A DNA stretch of 64,000 bases from contig CAVXEP010000029.1 of the NCBI GenBank assembly GCA_963760795.1, positions 32,001 through 96,000 of the forward strand, given 5' to 3'. The position numbers were made by a program, and so were the translations under genes. This document shows, in pieces, positions 9,848 to 19,334 of the stretch; within the stretch, counting starts at the first letter, position 1, and every line of letters begins with the position of its first letter. The DNA comes from an uncultured delta proteobacterium (GTDB lineage Bacteria; Desulfobacterota; Binatia; UBA9968). The notes beneath the pieces were generated by a model. It saw only the letters and a list, made by a program, of their open reading frames with translations, did no database searches and was not told where the DNA came from.

Positions 9848-9931
9848 TTGGAGTACTGGAGTGTTGGAGTAATGGAGTATTGGGTTTTCCGGAACCCATC
9901 ACTCCACCACTCCAGTACTCCATCACTCCAA
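9848..9931. repeat. Palindromic array of 8-bp units (ntggagtn)n...(actccann)n
   Basis: ttggagta ctggagtg ttggagta atggagta ttggg ... cccatc actccacc actccagt actccatc actccaa. Confidence 0.9.
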
Positions 9932-9938
9932 TCTGCCA

Positions 9939-10817
9939 TCACTTCATCCCCGCCATTTTCGCCAGCACTTCGAAGACGATGGCGAAGTCCTTTTCCGCCA
10001 ATCCCATACCGCGGGCGGCGGTGAGAAATTGATTGGTAATTGAGGTTGTCGGCAGCGGCACATCGAGTTGGCGGCCCATTTCCAAGGCGAGCAGCAAATC
10101 TTTTTGCATCATATTGACGTCGAACCAGGCTTCGTCCGGCATGTTCAACACGAACGGTCCACGATATTTCACCATCGGCGAGGCCATGACGCTATTGAGC
10201 ATTACTTCGACGGCGGTTTCGCGCGCGATGCCGCTCTTCTCGGCGAGCAGCACGCCTTCGCTGAAGGCAAGCATTTGCACGGCGAGACTTAAATTGGTCG
10301 CGATCTTCATCGACACGGCCAAACCGTTGGCGCCGACGTGGGTTGCCTTCGGGCCGATCGCTTGGAGCACCGGCAGTACTTTTTCAAAGGTCTCCCGCTG
10401 GCCGCCGACCATGAATGAAAGCTTGCCTTCTTCGAGAGTGATCGAGCTGCCGGAGACCGGCGCATCGAGCATCTGCGCGCCCTTGGCTTCAACTAGTTTA
10501 GCGGTGGCGCGGATCGCCGCCGGACTGACCGTACTCATGTCGACGTAAATCTTACCGGCGGTAAGCCCTGCCAAGATTCCGTCCGCGCCGGCCGTGACCG
10601 CGCGTAGCGCTTCGGTGTTGGCGACCATGGAGAAAACCATGTCGCTCGCTGCGGCGGCGCGACGCGGCGTGTCAGCCCAATTCATTCCCAGGTCAAGCAG
10701 CCACTGCGCCTTGGACTGGGTGCGGTTGTAACCCGTTACGCTGTGGCCGGCGTCGAGCAGCCGTTTCGCCATCCGGCTGCCCATCACTCCGAGACCGACG
10801 AAACCGAGACTCGCCAT
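9939..10817 (-). CDS. NAD(P)-dependent beta-hydroxyacid dehydrogenase (3-hydroxyisobutyrate DH family)
   Basis: GFVGLGVMG, DAPVSG, catalytic MKIATN, MQKDL. Confidence 0.93.
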   Translation of the reverse strand: MASLGFVGLGVMGSRMAKRLLDAGHSVTGYNRTQSKAQWLLDLGMNWADTPRRAAAASDMVFSMVANTEALRAVTAGADGILAGLTAGKIYVDMSTVSPAAIRATAKLVEAKGAQMLDAPVSGSSITLEEGKLSFMVGGQRETFEKVLPVLQAIGPKATHVGANGLAVSMKIATNLSLAVQMLAFSEGVLLAEKSGIARETAVEVMLNSVMASPMVKYRGPFVLNMPDEAWFDVNMMQKDLLLALEMGRQLDVPLPTTSITNQFLTAARGMGLAEKDFAIVFEVLAKMAGMK

Positions 10818-10851
10818 CGACAACTCCAACAAAAAGTCTGAAACTATTTTC

Positions 10852-10994
10852 ATCTCGCCAAGCCGCAAAGGCGCAAAGCTCGGAAGAAATGTCATTTCGA
10901 CCACAGGGAGAAATCTTCTGAGATCCCTCGCATTCGAAACTCGGGATTACGGGACATTTGCCCGTTACCTTTGCGTCTTGGCGCTTTTGCGAGA
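10852..10994. repeat. Nested repeat: outer (cgcaaag)-unit inverted arms enclosing a TGTC-type REP doublet
   Basis: atctcgccaagccgcaaaggcgcaaag / ctttgcgtcttggcgcttttgcgaga around tgtcatttcgaccacagggagaaatct...agatccctcgcattcg. Confidence 0.75.
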
Positions 10995-11009
10995 GATATT
11001 CCGATTCGG

Positions 11010-12023
11010 TTAACTTTCCGCCTTGATGTACTTGCCCATCTCTTTCAGCGTCTCGGGCGTTTGGTTGAACAACGCATTAAAATCTTTGGTGACCTGTTCG
11101 GCGGAGATGTATGAAAAATCGATGCGCGCTCTCTTCGCTTCGGCGATGAGCTCTGGATCTTTGATCGCCTTGGCGAATGCTTCGCGCAATACGATCACGC
11201 GATCTTTCGGCGTGTTCGGATGGACGGCGAACGCGCGGCCAATCGCTTGAGGAATAGATTTGATCGACATCAGCGACTTGCCCAGCGCGCTGGTTGCCAG
11301 ATCTTCGTCCACCGGCAGATTTTCATAGCCTGGCAAAGCCGTGCGGCCGCGCACCAGCGGCCTGACGGCGCCACGGTCGGCGGCGAGTTTGATCGTCGTT
11401 GCCAACGCCGACCAGGCGTCCACTTCTTTCCGCTCGACAGCCAGCAGGACATCGCTGTTGGAAGGATAACCGGCGACTAATTTTAGTTTGGCGCCGGCGA
11501 ATTCCTTCAGCAGCAGGGGGAAGTCATGGGCGTTGGAGCCTGGTCCAGTAGTGCCGGCAACCAGTTCGCGGTCAGCCTTCTTCAAATCGTCAAAGCTCTT
11601 ATAAGGAAGGTCCGGGCGGATCGAGAACATCACGCCGTCGGCGCCGGAGGAGCCGAGCCACTGAAACTTGCGGGCATCGAAGCGCGCCTGTGGAATTTTC
11701 GACATCTGCGCGATGGCGACATTAGGGTTCGCCGCGAGTATGGTCAAGCCATCCGGCTTAGCGATGTTGAATACGTTATTGGTCGCCAACAGATGGGCTG
11801 CGCCAGGCATATGTTGCAAGATCACCGCCGGCTTGCCGGGAATGTATTTGCCCAAATGGTGCGCGACGATGAGCGCGGCGATTTCAAGACTGCCGCTCTT
11901 GGCGCCGATCAGAATGGTGACGGCTTTGCCATCGTAAAAATTTGCCTGTCCGAAAGCCGGCGCTTGCGCAAGGATGAGCCAAGTTAACAGCGAGAAAACC
12001 GTCATCTGCCGAGCTAGCTTCAT
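11010..12023 (-). CDS. tctC: Tripartite tricarboxylate transporter substrate-binding protein (TctC/Bug-like)
   Basis: AGGAGG RBS, signal peptide, QHMPGAA, KPDGLT, LVAGYPS, ERKEVD; downstream of tctAB. Confidence 0.85.
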   Translation of the reverse strand: MKLARQMTVFSLLTWLILAQAPAFGQANFYDGKAVTILIGAKSGSLEIAALIVAHHLGKYIPGKPAVILQHMPGAAHLLATNNVFNIAKPDGLTILAANPNVAIAQMSKIPQARFDARKFQWLGSSGADGVMFSIRPDLPYKSFDDLKKADRELVAGTTGPGSNAHDFPLLLKEFAGAKLKLVAGYPSNSDVLLAVERKEVDAWSALATTIKLAADRGAVRPLVRGRTALPGYENLPVDEDLATSALGKSLMSIKSIPQAIGRAFAVHPNTPKDRVIVLREAFAKAIKDPELIAEAKRARIDFSYISAEQVTKDFNALFNQTPETLKEMGKYIKAES

Positions 12024-12060
12024 GTAATCCTCCTGCAATACGATTCTTACCATTGATGTT

Positions 12061-12260
12061 AAGGGTAAATCCGAAATCCGAATATCGAAAGAAGCCCCGC
12101 GGACCGAAACATGGCGCAGCCAAATAAGTTTTAAACCCGAAGAAAATCCAAAACGCCGAATCCACATTGACTTTGTTTGGAATTTTCGGTGTTTTTGAAC
12201 ATTCGAATTTGTTTCGGGCCGCAGGGCCGCTTTCATGCTTCGGATTTCGTGTTTTCCCTT
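12061..12260. mobile_element. About 200-bp MITE-like element with about 50-bp imperfect terminal inverted repeats
   Basis: Left aagggtaaatccgaaatccgaatatcgaaa-gaagccccgcggaccgaaaca; right (rev. comp.) aagggaaaacacgaaatccgaagcatgaaa-gcggccctgcggcccgaaaca. Confidence 0.65.
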
Positions 12261-12343
12261 TAGCTAGGTTCATACCAACAACTTTACCGAAGCGACGCAA
12301 GGGTATGTGATTCTATTGACGCCAGTCAAGCCAATTACCACGT

Positions 12344-12820
12344 TTAAAGGCCAAGCCACGCCTGCAGCACGCCTTGTTCGAATTGTAAGTGCACGAGTTT
12401 TTGAAACAGCCCATAAAATATCGCCCAGGTGATTGCCGTTGCTGCGATCGTCGGCAGCGCACCGACACGGCTTTCAAAGCGGAGATAGCAGCAAATAAAC
12501 AGCGGCACGGTGAGCGGAAAGCCGATCAGGTAAACGCAGAGAATGAAACCGGCGATCCAAGAAAACGCCGTGATCACGCGCCGGCGCTCGACCTCAGGCG
12601 GGACGTCGCTGGAAAACTCCAGGTCGACCGCCGCGCTCTCGATAACGTCTGCTTTGCCGAGAAACAGCTGCCAGAGCTGAGTCGCGGCCAGGATCAAAAG
12701 TGGAATACTCACCGACAGCGGAAACAAAGCCGCTTTAAACGGCCATTCGAGCGCCAGGTAGATCGCCGCAGCAGCGACCAAGATGAGGAAAACGCAGAAG
12801 AGTATGCGGCCCTTATGCAT
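12344..12820 (-). CDS. tctB: TctB family small membrane subunit
   Basis: About four TM helices, FPL motif, YLIGF; overlaps the tctA stop. Confidence 0.85.
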   Translation of the reverse strand: MHKGRILFCVFLILVAAAAIYLALEWPFKAALFPLSVSIPLLILAATQLWQLFLGKADVIESAAVDLEFSSDVPPEVERRRVITAFSWIAGFILCVYLIGFPLTVPLFICCYLRFESRVGALPTIAATAITWAIFYGLFQKLVHLQFEQGVLQAWLGL

Positions 12821-14325
12821 TCGCTTGGCTCTGGGCGCGCTGGCGCCGTTTCTGGATATACGGATAAGCGATCACGAAGAGCATGAGAATGATTAAAAAG
12901 ATAACCATCGGCTGCCTGAGCCAGGCAAAGCCGTAGCGCGCGACAGAAATAAAGAAATAGGTCTCGATGACTTTGCCCAAGACGAAGCCGAGAACGAAGG
13001 GTGGACGAGGCCAGCCGAACAGCACCATAAAATAGCTGAGCAGGCCGAAGATCAGCGTGACAAGCAAATCGATGATCTGGCCGTTGGCGGTGTAACTGCC
13101 GACAAAAACCAGCAGCAGAACGAAAGGTATGATGAGACCACCGCGCACGTTGGTCACTTTGGCCAATTGATCGAGGATCGTTAGGCACAAGAGCACGGCG
13201 ATGATGTTAGCGATCACCAAGGTCCAAACCATCGAGAAGGTAATCGGCAGATGCTTGGTCAGCATGTCGGGTCCAGGTGACAGGCCCATGATCAAAAAGG
13301 CGCTGAGCAGGATCGCCATGGCGCCGCTGCCGGGAACGCCGAAGGCGACCGTCGGGATCAGTTCGCCGCCTTCTTTCGAATTATTCGCCGCGCCCGGTCC
13401 GAGAACACCGCGCACATCGCCTTTGCCGAAGCGTTCTCTGTCCTTGGCATCCTTGGCGCCTTGGACGGCGTGAGCATAGGCCATCCATTGGGCAACGCCG
13501 CCGCCGGCGCCCGGCAGGATGCCGACGAACACGCCGACCACCGAGCAGCGAAACACCAGCCAAAAATGGCGAAAGGTATCTTTGATCCCTTCGATCACGC
13601 CGCTGCGCAAATTCTCCGCCGGCCGCTCGCCGGCGATCGCGGTGCCGCGCACGGTGAGATCGATAATTTCCGGGATCGCGAAGACACCGACCAACACTGG
13701 CACGAAGTCGAGACCTTCCCACAAATACATTAAGCCCCATGTCAAAACGGAGCGACCCGGACTGGCGCTCTTGGCCAATGGTGGAAACCAGCAGACCAAA
13801 CAGACCCATGGCGAATCCCTTGACCTGGCCGCGCGCGCCGGCGCCGCTGAGCGAGGTGATGCAGGATATGCCGATGACCGCCAGCATGAACAACTCCGGC
13901 GAACCAAAGGCGAGCACCAGCGGGCGGACGATCGGAATCGCCAGCGCCAACGCCACCGCGCCGATCAGCGCGCCGACCAGCGAGCTCATCAGCGCCGCGC
14001 CGAGGGCGCGACCAGCCTCGCCATTCTTCGCCATCGGATGACCATCGACAACTGTGGCGGCGGAGATCGCCTCGCCGGGCACACCGAAAAGCACTGAGGT
14101 GATATCGCCAGTGGTCGCGGCGACGGCGTGCATGCCGAGCAGAAACGCGAACGCCTCGGCGGGCTGCATTTTGAAAACGAACGGGATCATCAAGGCGAGA
14201 GTGGCCGCCCCACCGATCCCCGGGAGTAGGCCGACGCAGAAGCCAAGACCCATGCCGACCAGCATCAAGCTGAAAGCTTTCCATTGAAGCACCAGGAAGA
14301 GACCGTCGATGAATGCGTCGAACAT
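12813..14325 (-). CDS. tctA: TctA family permease, frameshift near 13730-13748
   Basis: GLLPGIGG, ITSVLFGVPG, TVVDGHPMAKNGEAGRAL, GILPGAG, PGAANNSKEGG, GVPGS. Confidence 0.92.
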
Positions 14326-14402
14326 CGTCTGGTGGCCTTTACCGCGGCGACTGGACCCGGTTGCGAAACTGAAGATGTAATAGGGAGACAAACACCGGCG
14401 CG

Positions 14403-14432
14403 ACTATATGGGAGCAGCGATTTTACTGTCAA
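14403..14432 (-). promoter_or_regulatory. Putative sigma70 promoter of tctABC
   Basis: TTGACA-18-TATAGT on the minus strand. Confidence 0.5.
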
Positions 14433-14588
14433 GCAGAGATTCGTACTGAGCGGCGAAATGTGAATAAAGATTTAACCGCAGACCCAAGGTCAGTCCGAAA
14501 AGTTAGCGGCTGGATATTGTTTCAACAGCTGAGGCCAGTGGTTTGGGGCAACTATTTTGCCGAGAAGTTTGCTCTACCCACAGATACT

Positions 14589-17051
14589 TTAGTGCGGCAG
14601 AGCGTGACTTTCGCTGGCGGCGGCGGAAGCGGTGAGACGGGTCAGCAAGCTGACGATCGCATCGTAATTGACCGGTTTGGTGAGATGTGCGTCGAAGCCG
14701 GCTTCCTGGGTACGCCGCCGGTCTTGTTGTTGCCCCCAACCGGTGAGGGCGATGAGAATCATCGGTTTGCCCCAAGGCTGTTGGCGTATCCGGTGCGCGG
14801 CTTGATAACCGTCGAGTCTCGGCATGGCCAGGTCCATTAGGATAATATCCGGCAAGAATTCCGCGGCCGCTTCCACCGCCGCGACGCCGTCCTTGGCAAT
14901 CTGTACTTCGTTACCGTCTTTTTCCAGCAGGCGCGCCAAGGTCTCGGCGGACTGCGGAAAATCATCCGCCACCAGGATCCGCCGGCCACGAACCGGCAAG
15001 GTAGTTTGGTCGATTTGATCTGGTAGAAGGCCGTCGCTGGCCGGGCGATGAGCGGTTACGGGTAATTGCACGGTGAATTCGCTGCCGCGGTTCATGCCCT
15101 CGCTACGGACCTCGACTTTGCCGCCATGCAGTTCGACCAGCCGGTGCACCAGTGTCAAGCCTAGTCCAAGGCCGCCCTCGCTGCGTGTAAACGACCGGTC
15201 CACTTGGTAAAAGAGCTCGAAAACATGGGGCAGGCTTTCCGCCGCGATGCCGACTCCGGTGTCCTTGACTCGGATGACGACGGTATCGCCCGCCTGCTCG
15301 ACATTGAGCCAAACATGACCCGGATCCGGAGTGTACTTAGCGGCATTATTCAAAAGATTCATGAAGACCTGGGTGAGCCGAAGCCGATCGGCCTCGACGT
15401 AGATCGAATCCTGCGACATAGTCACGGTCAGTTCATGTTGCCGTTGGTCGATCAACGGCCGGCTCGATTCCACCGCCGCTTTGACGATCTCGGTGATATT
15501 GAGCGGTTCTTTTTGCAGCGCCAATTTTTCCCGAGTGATACGGCTGACATCGAAGAGGTCATCGGTCAAGCGCGTGAGATACTTCACCTGGCGATCGATG
15601 ATGTCCGGCCCCCAATGTGGATCGGGTAGTGGATTTTTCGGGTCTTGTTGCAGGTTGACGACGTTGCGCACCAGCGACAGGGGATTACGCAATTCGTGGG
15701 CGAGGGTGGCTAAAAACTCATCTTTGCGCCGGTCGGCTTCAAGCAAAGCCTCGCCGCTCAAACGCAGGGCGTCGTCGAGACGTAATTTTTCAACCGCTAG
15801 CCAAGTGCGTTCAGCGACCATATTGATGAGTAAGACTTCCCGTTCGCTCCACTGGCGCGGCTCGGCGTGCGCCATCGCCAATGCGGATACCAGCGTCCCG
15901 TCGCGCATCAGCGGCACCGCGACAAAGGCACCGACACCGACTCGCTGGTAAAACTCTATATGCCCTCTCGTGCGCACATCCTGGGCGACATCCGCGATCG
16001 TCGTGGTTTGACCGGCGCGGCCGGCCTCGGTCAACAACGGTCCAAACACGCCCAGCGGATAGGTGCCGACTAACGACGGGACATGCGGGTGATAATCGCG
16101 TTGAATGATGAACTGATCCCGGTCCGTATCGATCTCAACAAACGTGCAGCGGTTGGCTTTGACATGTTCGCCCAAGGCCACCGCAACGACCCAGGTGAGC
16201 TCGTCGGCGTTGGCCGCGAAGCGTATGCAGTCAGCGAGATCCAAGAGAAAAAGAGTATCCGCTTCGGCCTGTTTCCGCCCTGTGATATCGCGCACCGCGA
16301 CGTTGACTCCGAGTAGTTCGCCACTCGGGTTGTGCACCGGCAAGTAGGTTGCCAGCCAAGAATAGCGCTCGCCGGGGCGCGCTGCCGTAGCACCTTTGAT
16401 TTCGACATCCAAGACTGGCTTACCGCTCTCGATCACCCGGCGGTAATAAACTTCGATGGTATCCGCGAGATCCGGATTGGCGTCCCGAATGGTTTTACCG
16501 ATAAAATACTCCGGCGCCCGGTCATGCATCTCGGCCAACGCCGAGTTCATCGACAGATAGCGCAGATTGAGATCGACAAAACACAAACCCACCGGTGCCG
16601 AAGTGTAGATGGTGTTGAGCAGAGCCAGCCGTTCGTTGGCGATGCGCTCGCTATCGCGCCGGCCGGCTTCGACCGAGTGATGGCGCAGCCCTAAAGTTGT
16701 CACGCTCCAGATCATCAACAGGGCGAAACCTTGATTCTCCAAACTGGCCAACCCAGCCATCGCCGAGGTGCGGTGCATGTAATACGCATCCGCCAGTAGC
16801 ATCACCGTACAGGCTCCCGCCACCGCAACTTTTTCCCACTTGCTGGGCAGTGCCACGGCCAACACCATTGCGGCGGCATAACTGATCGGAATCGCTATAT
16901 GCGCCGCAATCCACAAGTCGAGGAGGTAAAAGAGTCCGACCAAAAGCACCGCCACGATCCAAATGAAACGCGAACCGACACCCAGAAGGGATTGCGGCGT
17001 TGGCGGGGTGGTGCCGATAGTGGGAAGTGGTGCAAGTTGTTGGATATTCAT
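14589..17051 (-). CDS. Hybrid sensor histidine kinase (TM-PAS-GAF-HisKA-HATPase-REC)
   Basis: About 4 TM helices, PAS ending RDIT, GAF, LAHELRNPL, NNAAKY, DTGVGI, GLGLGL, REC DLAMP...TKP. Confidence 0.95.
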   Translation of the reverse strand: MNIQQLAPLPTIGTTPPTPQSLLGVGSRFIWIVAVLLVGLFYLLDLWIAAHIAIPISYAAAMVLAVALPSKWEKVAVAGACTVMLLADAYYMHRTSAMAGLASLENQGFALLMIWSVTTLGLRHHSVEAGRRDSERIANERLALLNTIYTSAPVGLCFVDLNLRYLSMNSALAEMHDRAPEYFIGKTIRDANPDLADTIEVYYRRVIESGKPVLDVEIKGATAARPGERYSWLATYLPVHNPSGELLGVNVAVRDITGRKQAEADTLFLLDLADCIRFAANADELTWVVAVALGEHVKANRCTFVEIDTDRDQFIIQRDYHPHVPSLVGTYPLGVFGPLLTEAGRAGQTTTIADVAQDVRTRGHIEFYQRVGVGAFVAVPLMRDGTLVSALAMAHAEPRQWSEREVLLINMVAERTWLAVEKLRLDDALRLSGEALLEADRRKDEFLATLAHELRNPLSLVRNVVNLQQDPKNPLPDPHWGPDIIDRQVKYLTRLTDDLFDVSRITREKLALQKEPLNITEIVKAAVESSRPLIDQRQHELTVTMSQDSIYVEADRLRLTQVFMNLLNNAAKYTPDPGHVWLNVEQAGDTVVIRVKDTGVGIAAESLPHVFELFYQVDRSFTRSEGGLGLGLTLVHRLVELHGGKVEVRSEGMNRGSEFTVQLPVTAHRPASDGLLPDQIDQTTLPVRGRRILVADDFPQSAETLARLLEKDGNEVQIAKDGVAAVEAAAEFLPDIILMDLAMPRLDGYQAAHRIRQQPWGKPMILIALTGWGQQQDRRRTQEAGFDAHLTKPVNYDAIVSLLTRLTASAAASESHALPH

Positions 17052-17221
17052 ATCGACTTAGCAGACAGCGGAAACCACCGGAACAAAGACGTAGTGTATC
17101 AGACACGCTCTAGATCAAACAAGCATAAATACCTGCGCCCACAGGTTTGCTTCGGGACGCTTGACAACCTCCCGAGCCCAGACAATAGATAACGGAATCA
17201 CCATTAGGATAGGGAGATTCG

Positions 17222-18820
17222 ATGGCCAACAGGGTAAAATATTATCGAGATTTTCGCGAGCACTTAACGGCGCTCGAAGAGCGCGGGAAATTAGTCCGCA
17301 TCCAGCGCGAAATCAACAAAGACACCGAGCTGATGCCGCTGGTGCGCTGGCAGTTTCGCGGATTGGAAGAGCACGACCGCAAGGCCTTCATGTTCGAGAA
17401 AATCATCGATTCCAAGGGTAAACGTTACTCCATGCCTGTAACCGTGGGAACCTTGGCGGCAACCACGGAAATCTACGCCATCGGCATGATGTGCGAGCCC
17501 GAACAAATCGCCGAGCGCTGGAATCAAGCACAGCTGAACCCCTTTGACCCGATCAAAGTAACTTCGGCGCCTGTCCATGAGGTGATCTGGCAGGGTCAAG
17601 ATATTCTCAACGGCCATGGCCTCGACATGATCCCGGTGCCGATCTCGACCCCGGGCTTCGATAACGCACCTTATTTGACCTCGGCCAACTGGATCACCAA
17701 AGACCCTGAAACCGGCATCTACAACATCGGCAACTATCGTAGCCAGATCAAGTCGGCCAACCGCACCGGCGGCTTGTTCACTACGCAACATATGGGACAG
17801 CACTGGCGCAAGGCGAAAGCCAAGGGGCAGCGGCTGGAAGCTTGCATCGCCATCGGCGTGGTGCCGAGTATCGCCTACTCAGCGACCGCCAAGATCCCCT
17901 ACGATTTCGACGAATACCGTCTAGCCGGCGGCCTAGCCGGCGCGCCAGTGGAGGTCGTACAAGCGAAAACCGTGGACTTATTGGTGCCCGCCACCGCGGA
18001 AATCATCATCGAAGGAACGATTCCCACAGACATCGTCGAGCCCGAAGGGCCGTTCGGCGAATATCCCGGCTACATGGGCCATCGCACCGAATCGCCATTT
18101 CTCGAAGTCACCTGCATCACGCACCGGCGCGATGCGATTTACACCGCGCTGATGAGCCAGTTCCCGCCCAGCGAATCGAGCAAGATCAAGCACACCGGCA
18201 CCGAGAAGATTATCTACAAACTGCTGCGTCATGACAGCGGCAATTCGGCGGTACTCGATGTCTCGCTGCACGACGAAGTCAGCGGCAGCGGCCAAGCCTA
18301 TTGCGTGATCAAAATGCGCAACGCCACCAAGGCCGAAGCCTGGCGCGCGCTCCATGCCACCGCTGGATTCACCGGCAGCTACGCCAAAGTTTGCGTCGCG
18401 GTGGATGAAGACATCGACATTCACGATCCGGCGATGATCAACTGGGCGATCTGCTACAACATGCGTCCCGAGGAAGATGTCGTGATCTCCAAAGGTAAAA
18501 TGCCCGGCCTCGATCCTTCGACCTACCCGCCGGGAATGGAAAGCGAAGACCGGCGCGCCGCGTCAACGTCGGCATTATTGATCAACGCCATCCGTCCCTG
18601 GCCCTATACGCCGGTGTCGCTGCCCAAGAAAGAGTTCATGGAGCGGTCCAAAAAGATCTGGGAAGAGCTCGAGCTGCCGCCGCTCAAGCCGCGCATGCCC
18701 TGGTACGGTTACAGCCTGGGCGCTTGGACTAAGCAAGACGAAGAAGAAGCGGACCTGGCGGTCAAAGGCGATTACTTCGAAACCGGTAAGAAGCAGACCG
18801 GGCAGAGGAAGAAATCGTAA
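17222..18820 (+). CDS. UbiD family prFMN-dependent (de)carboxylase
   Basis: NIGNYR, EGPFGEYPGY, VAVDEDIDI, LDPS. Confidence 0.93.
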   Translation: MANRVKYYRDFREHLTALEERGKLVRIQREINKDTELMPLVRWQFRGLEEHDRKAFMFEKIIDSKGKRYSMPVTVGTLAATTEIYAIGMMCEPEQIAERWNQAQLNPFDPIKVTSAPVHEVIWQGQDILNGHGLDMIPVPISTPGFDNAPYLTSANWITKDPETGIYNIGNYRSQIKSANRTGGLFTTQHMGQHWRKAKAKGQRLEACIAIGVVPSIAYSATAKIPYDFDEYRLAGGLAGAPVEVVQAKTVDLLVPATAEIIIEGTIPTDIVEPEGPFGEYPGYMGHRTESPFLEVTCITHRRDAIYTALMSQFPPSESSKIKHTGTEKIIYKLLRHDSGNSAVLDVSLHDEVSGSGQAYCVIKMRNATKAEAWRALHATAGFTGSYAKVCVAVDEDIDIHDPAMINWAICYNMRPEEDVVISKGKMPGLDPSTYPPGMESEDRRAASTSALLINAIRPWPYTPVSLPKKEFMERSKKIWEELELPPLKPRMPWYGYSLGAWTKQDEEEADLAVKGDYFETGKKQTGQRKKS

Positions 18821-18870
18821 GCGCGATAAGGAAATGGCGGAAGGATAACTTCGTCCGTCATTCTTCTACC

Positions 18871-19323
18871 TTAGAAAAGAACTGGCACCCAACGTTTCAC
18901 CGCCGCCAGATAATTCACATAGGGCTGGCCGAGGATTTGAATTAGCTTTTTCTCGTCGCCGACCACACGGCGGTGAAACCATATTGCAGTGGCGACGGTG
19001 ATTGACGCTGCGAGCCAGGATTTTAAGGTCAGGGTGAGGCCGATGAGAAAGATCATGTGGCCCAAGTACATCGGGTTGCGCGTATAGCGATAGAGACCGG
19101 TGGTAACCAACCGCTCCGGCGGCGTTTCCACTCCCGGACCACCACCACCACGCCTCACCCGGTAGCGGCCGCACAGTCGATATTGCAAATAGCCCCAGAG
19201 CATCAGTGGCAGGAACCAGAGATTGGCTTGAAATTGGCTTCGCTCCATCGCCAGTTCCCACACTAAGGCGATTGCGGGATAGATCACGAAGGTTCGCACC
19301 GGTGTGCGGCTAAAGAATCTCAT
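18871..19323 (-). CDS. Isoprenylcysteine carboxylmethyltransferase/PEMT family membrane protein
   Basis: LVTTGLYRYTRNPMYLG, DEKKL, YVNYLAAVKRW. Confidence 0.9.
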   Translation of the reverse strand: MRFFSRTPVRTFVIYPAIALVWELAMERSQFQANLWFLPLMLWGYLQYRLCGRYRVRRGGGGPGVETPPERLVTTGLYRYTRNPMYLGHMIFLIGLTLTLKSWLAASITVATAIWFHRRVVGDEKKLIQILGQPYVNYLAAVKRWVPVLF

Positions 19324-19334
19324 CGTTACACAGC

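Noticed and set aside
6414-9931. Short repeat arrays as CRISPR
   Set aside because: Units are 7-9 bp, tandem and inverted, with no unique spacers and no cas genes.
12024-12236. Long N-terminal extensions on TctC (also E1a 9828-9926 and HIBADH 10818-10904)
   Set aside because: They translate intergenic repeats; downstream ATGs fit family N-termini better.
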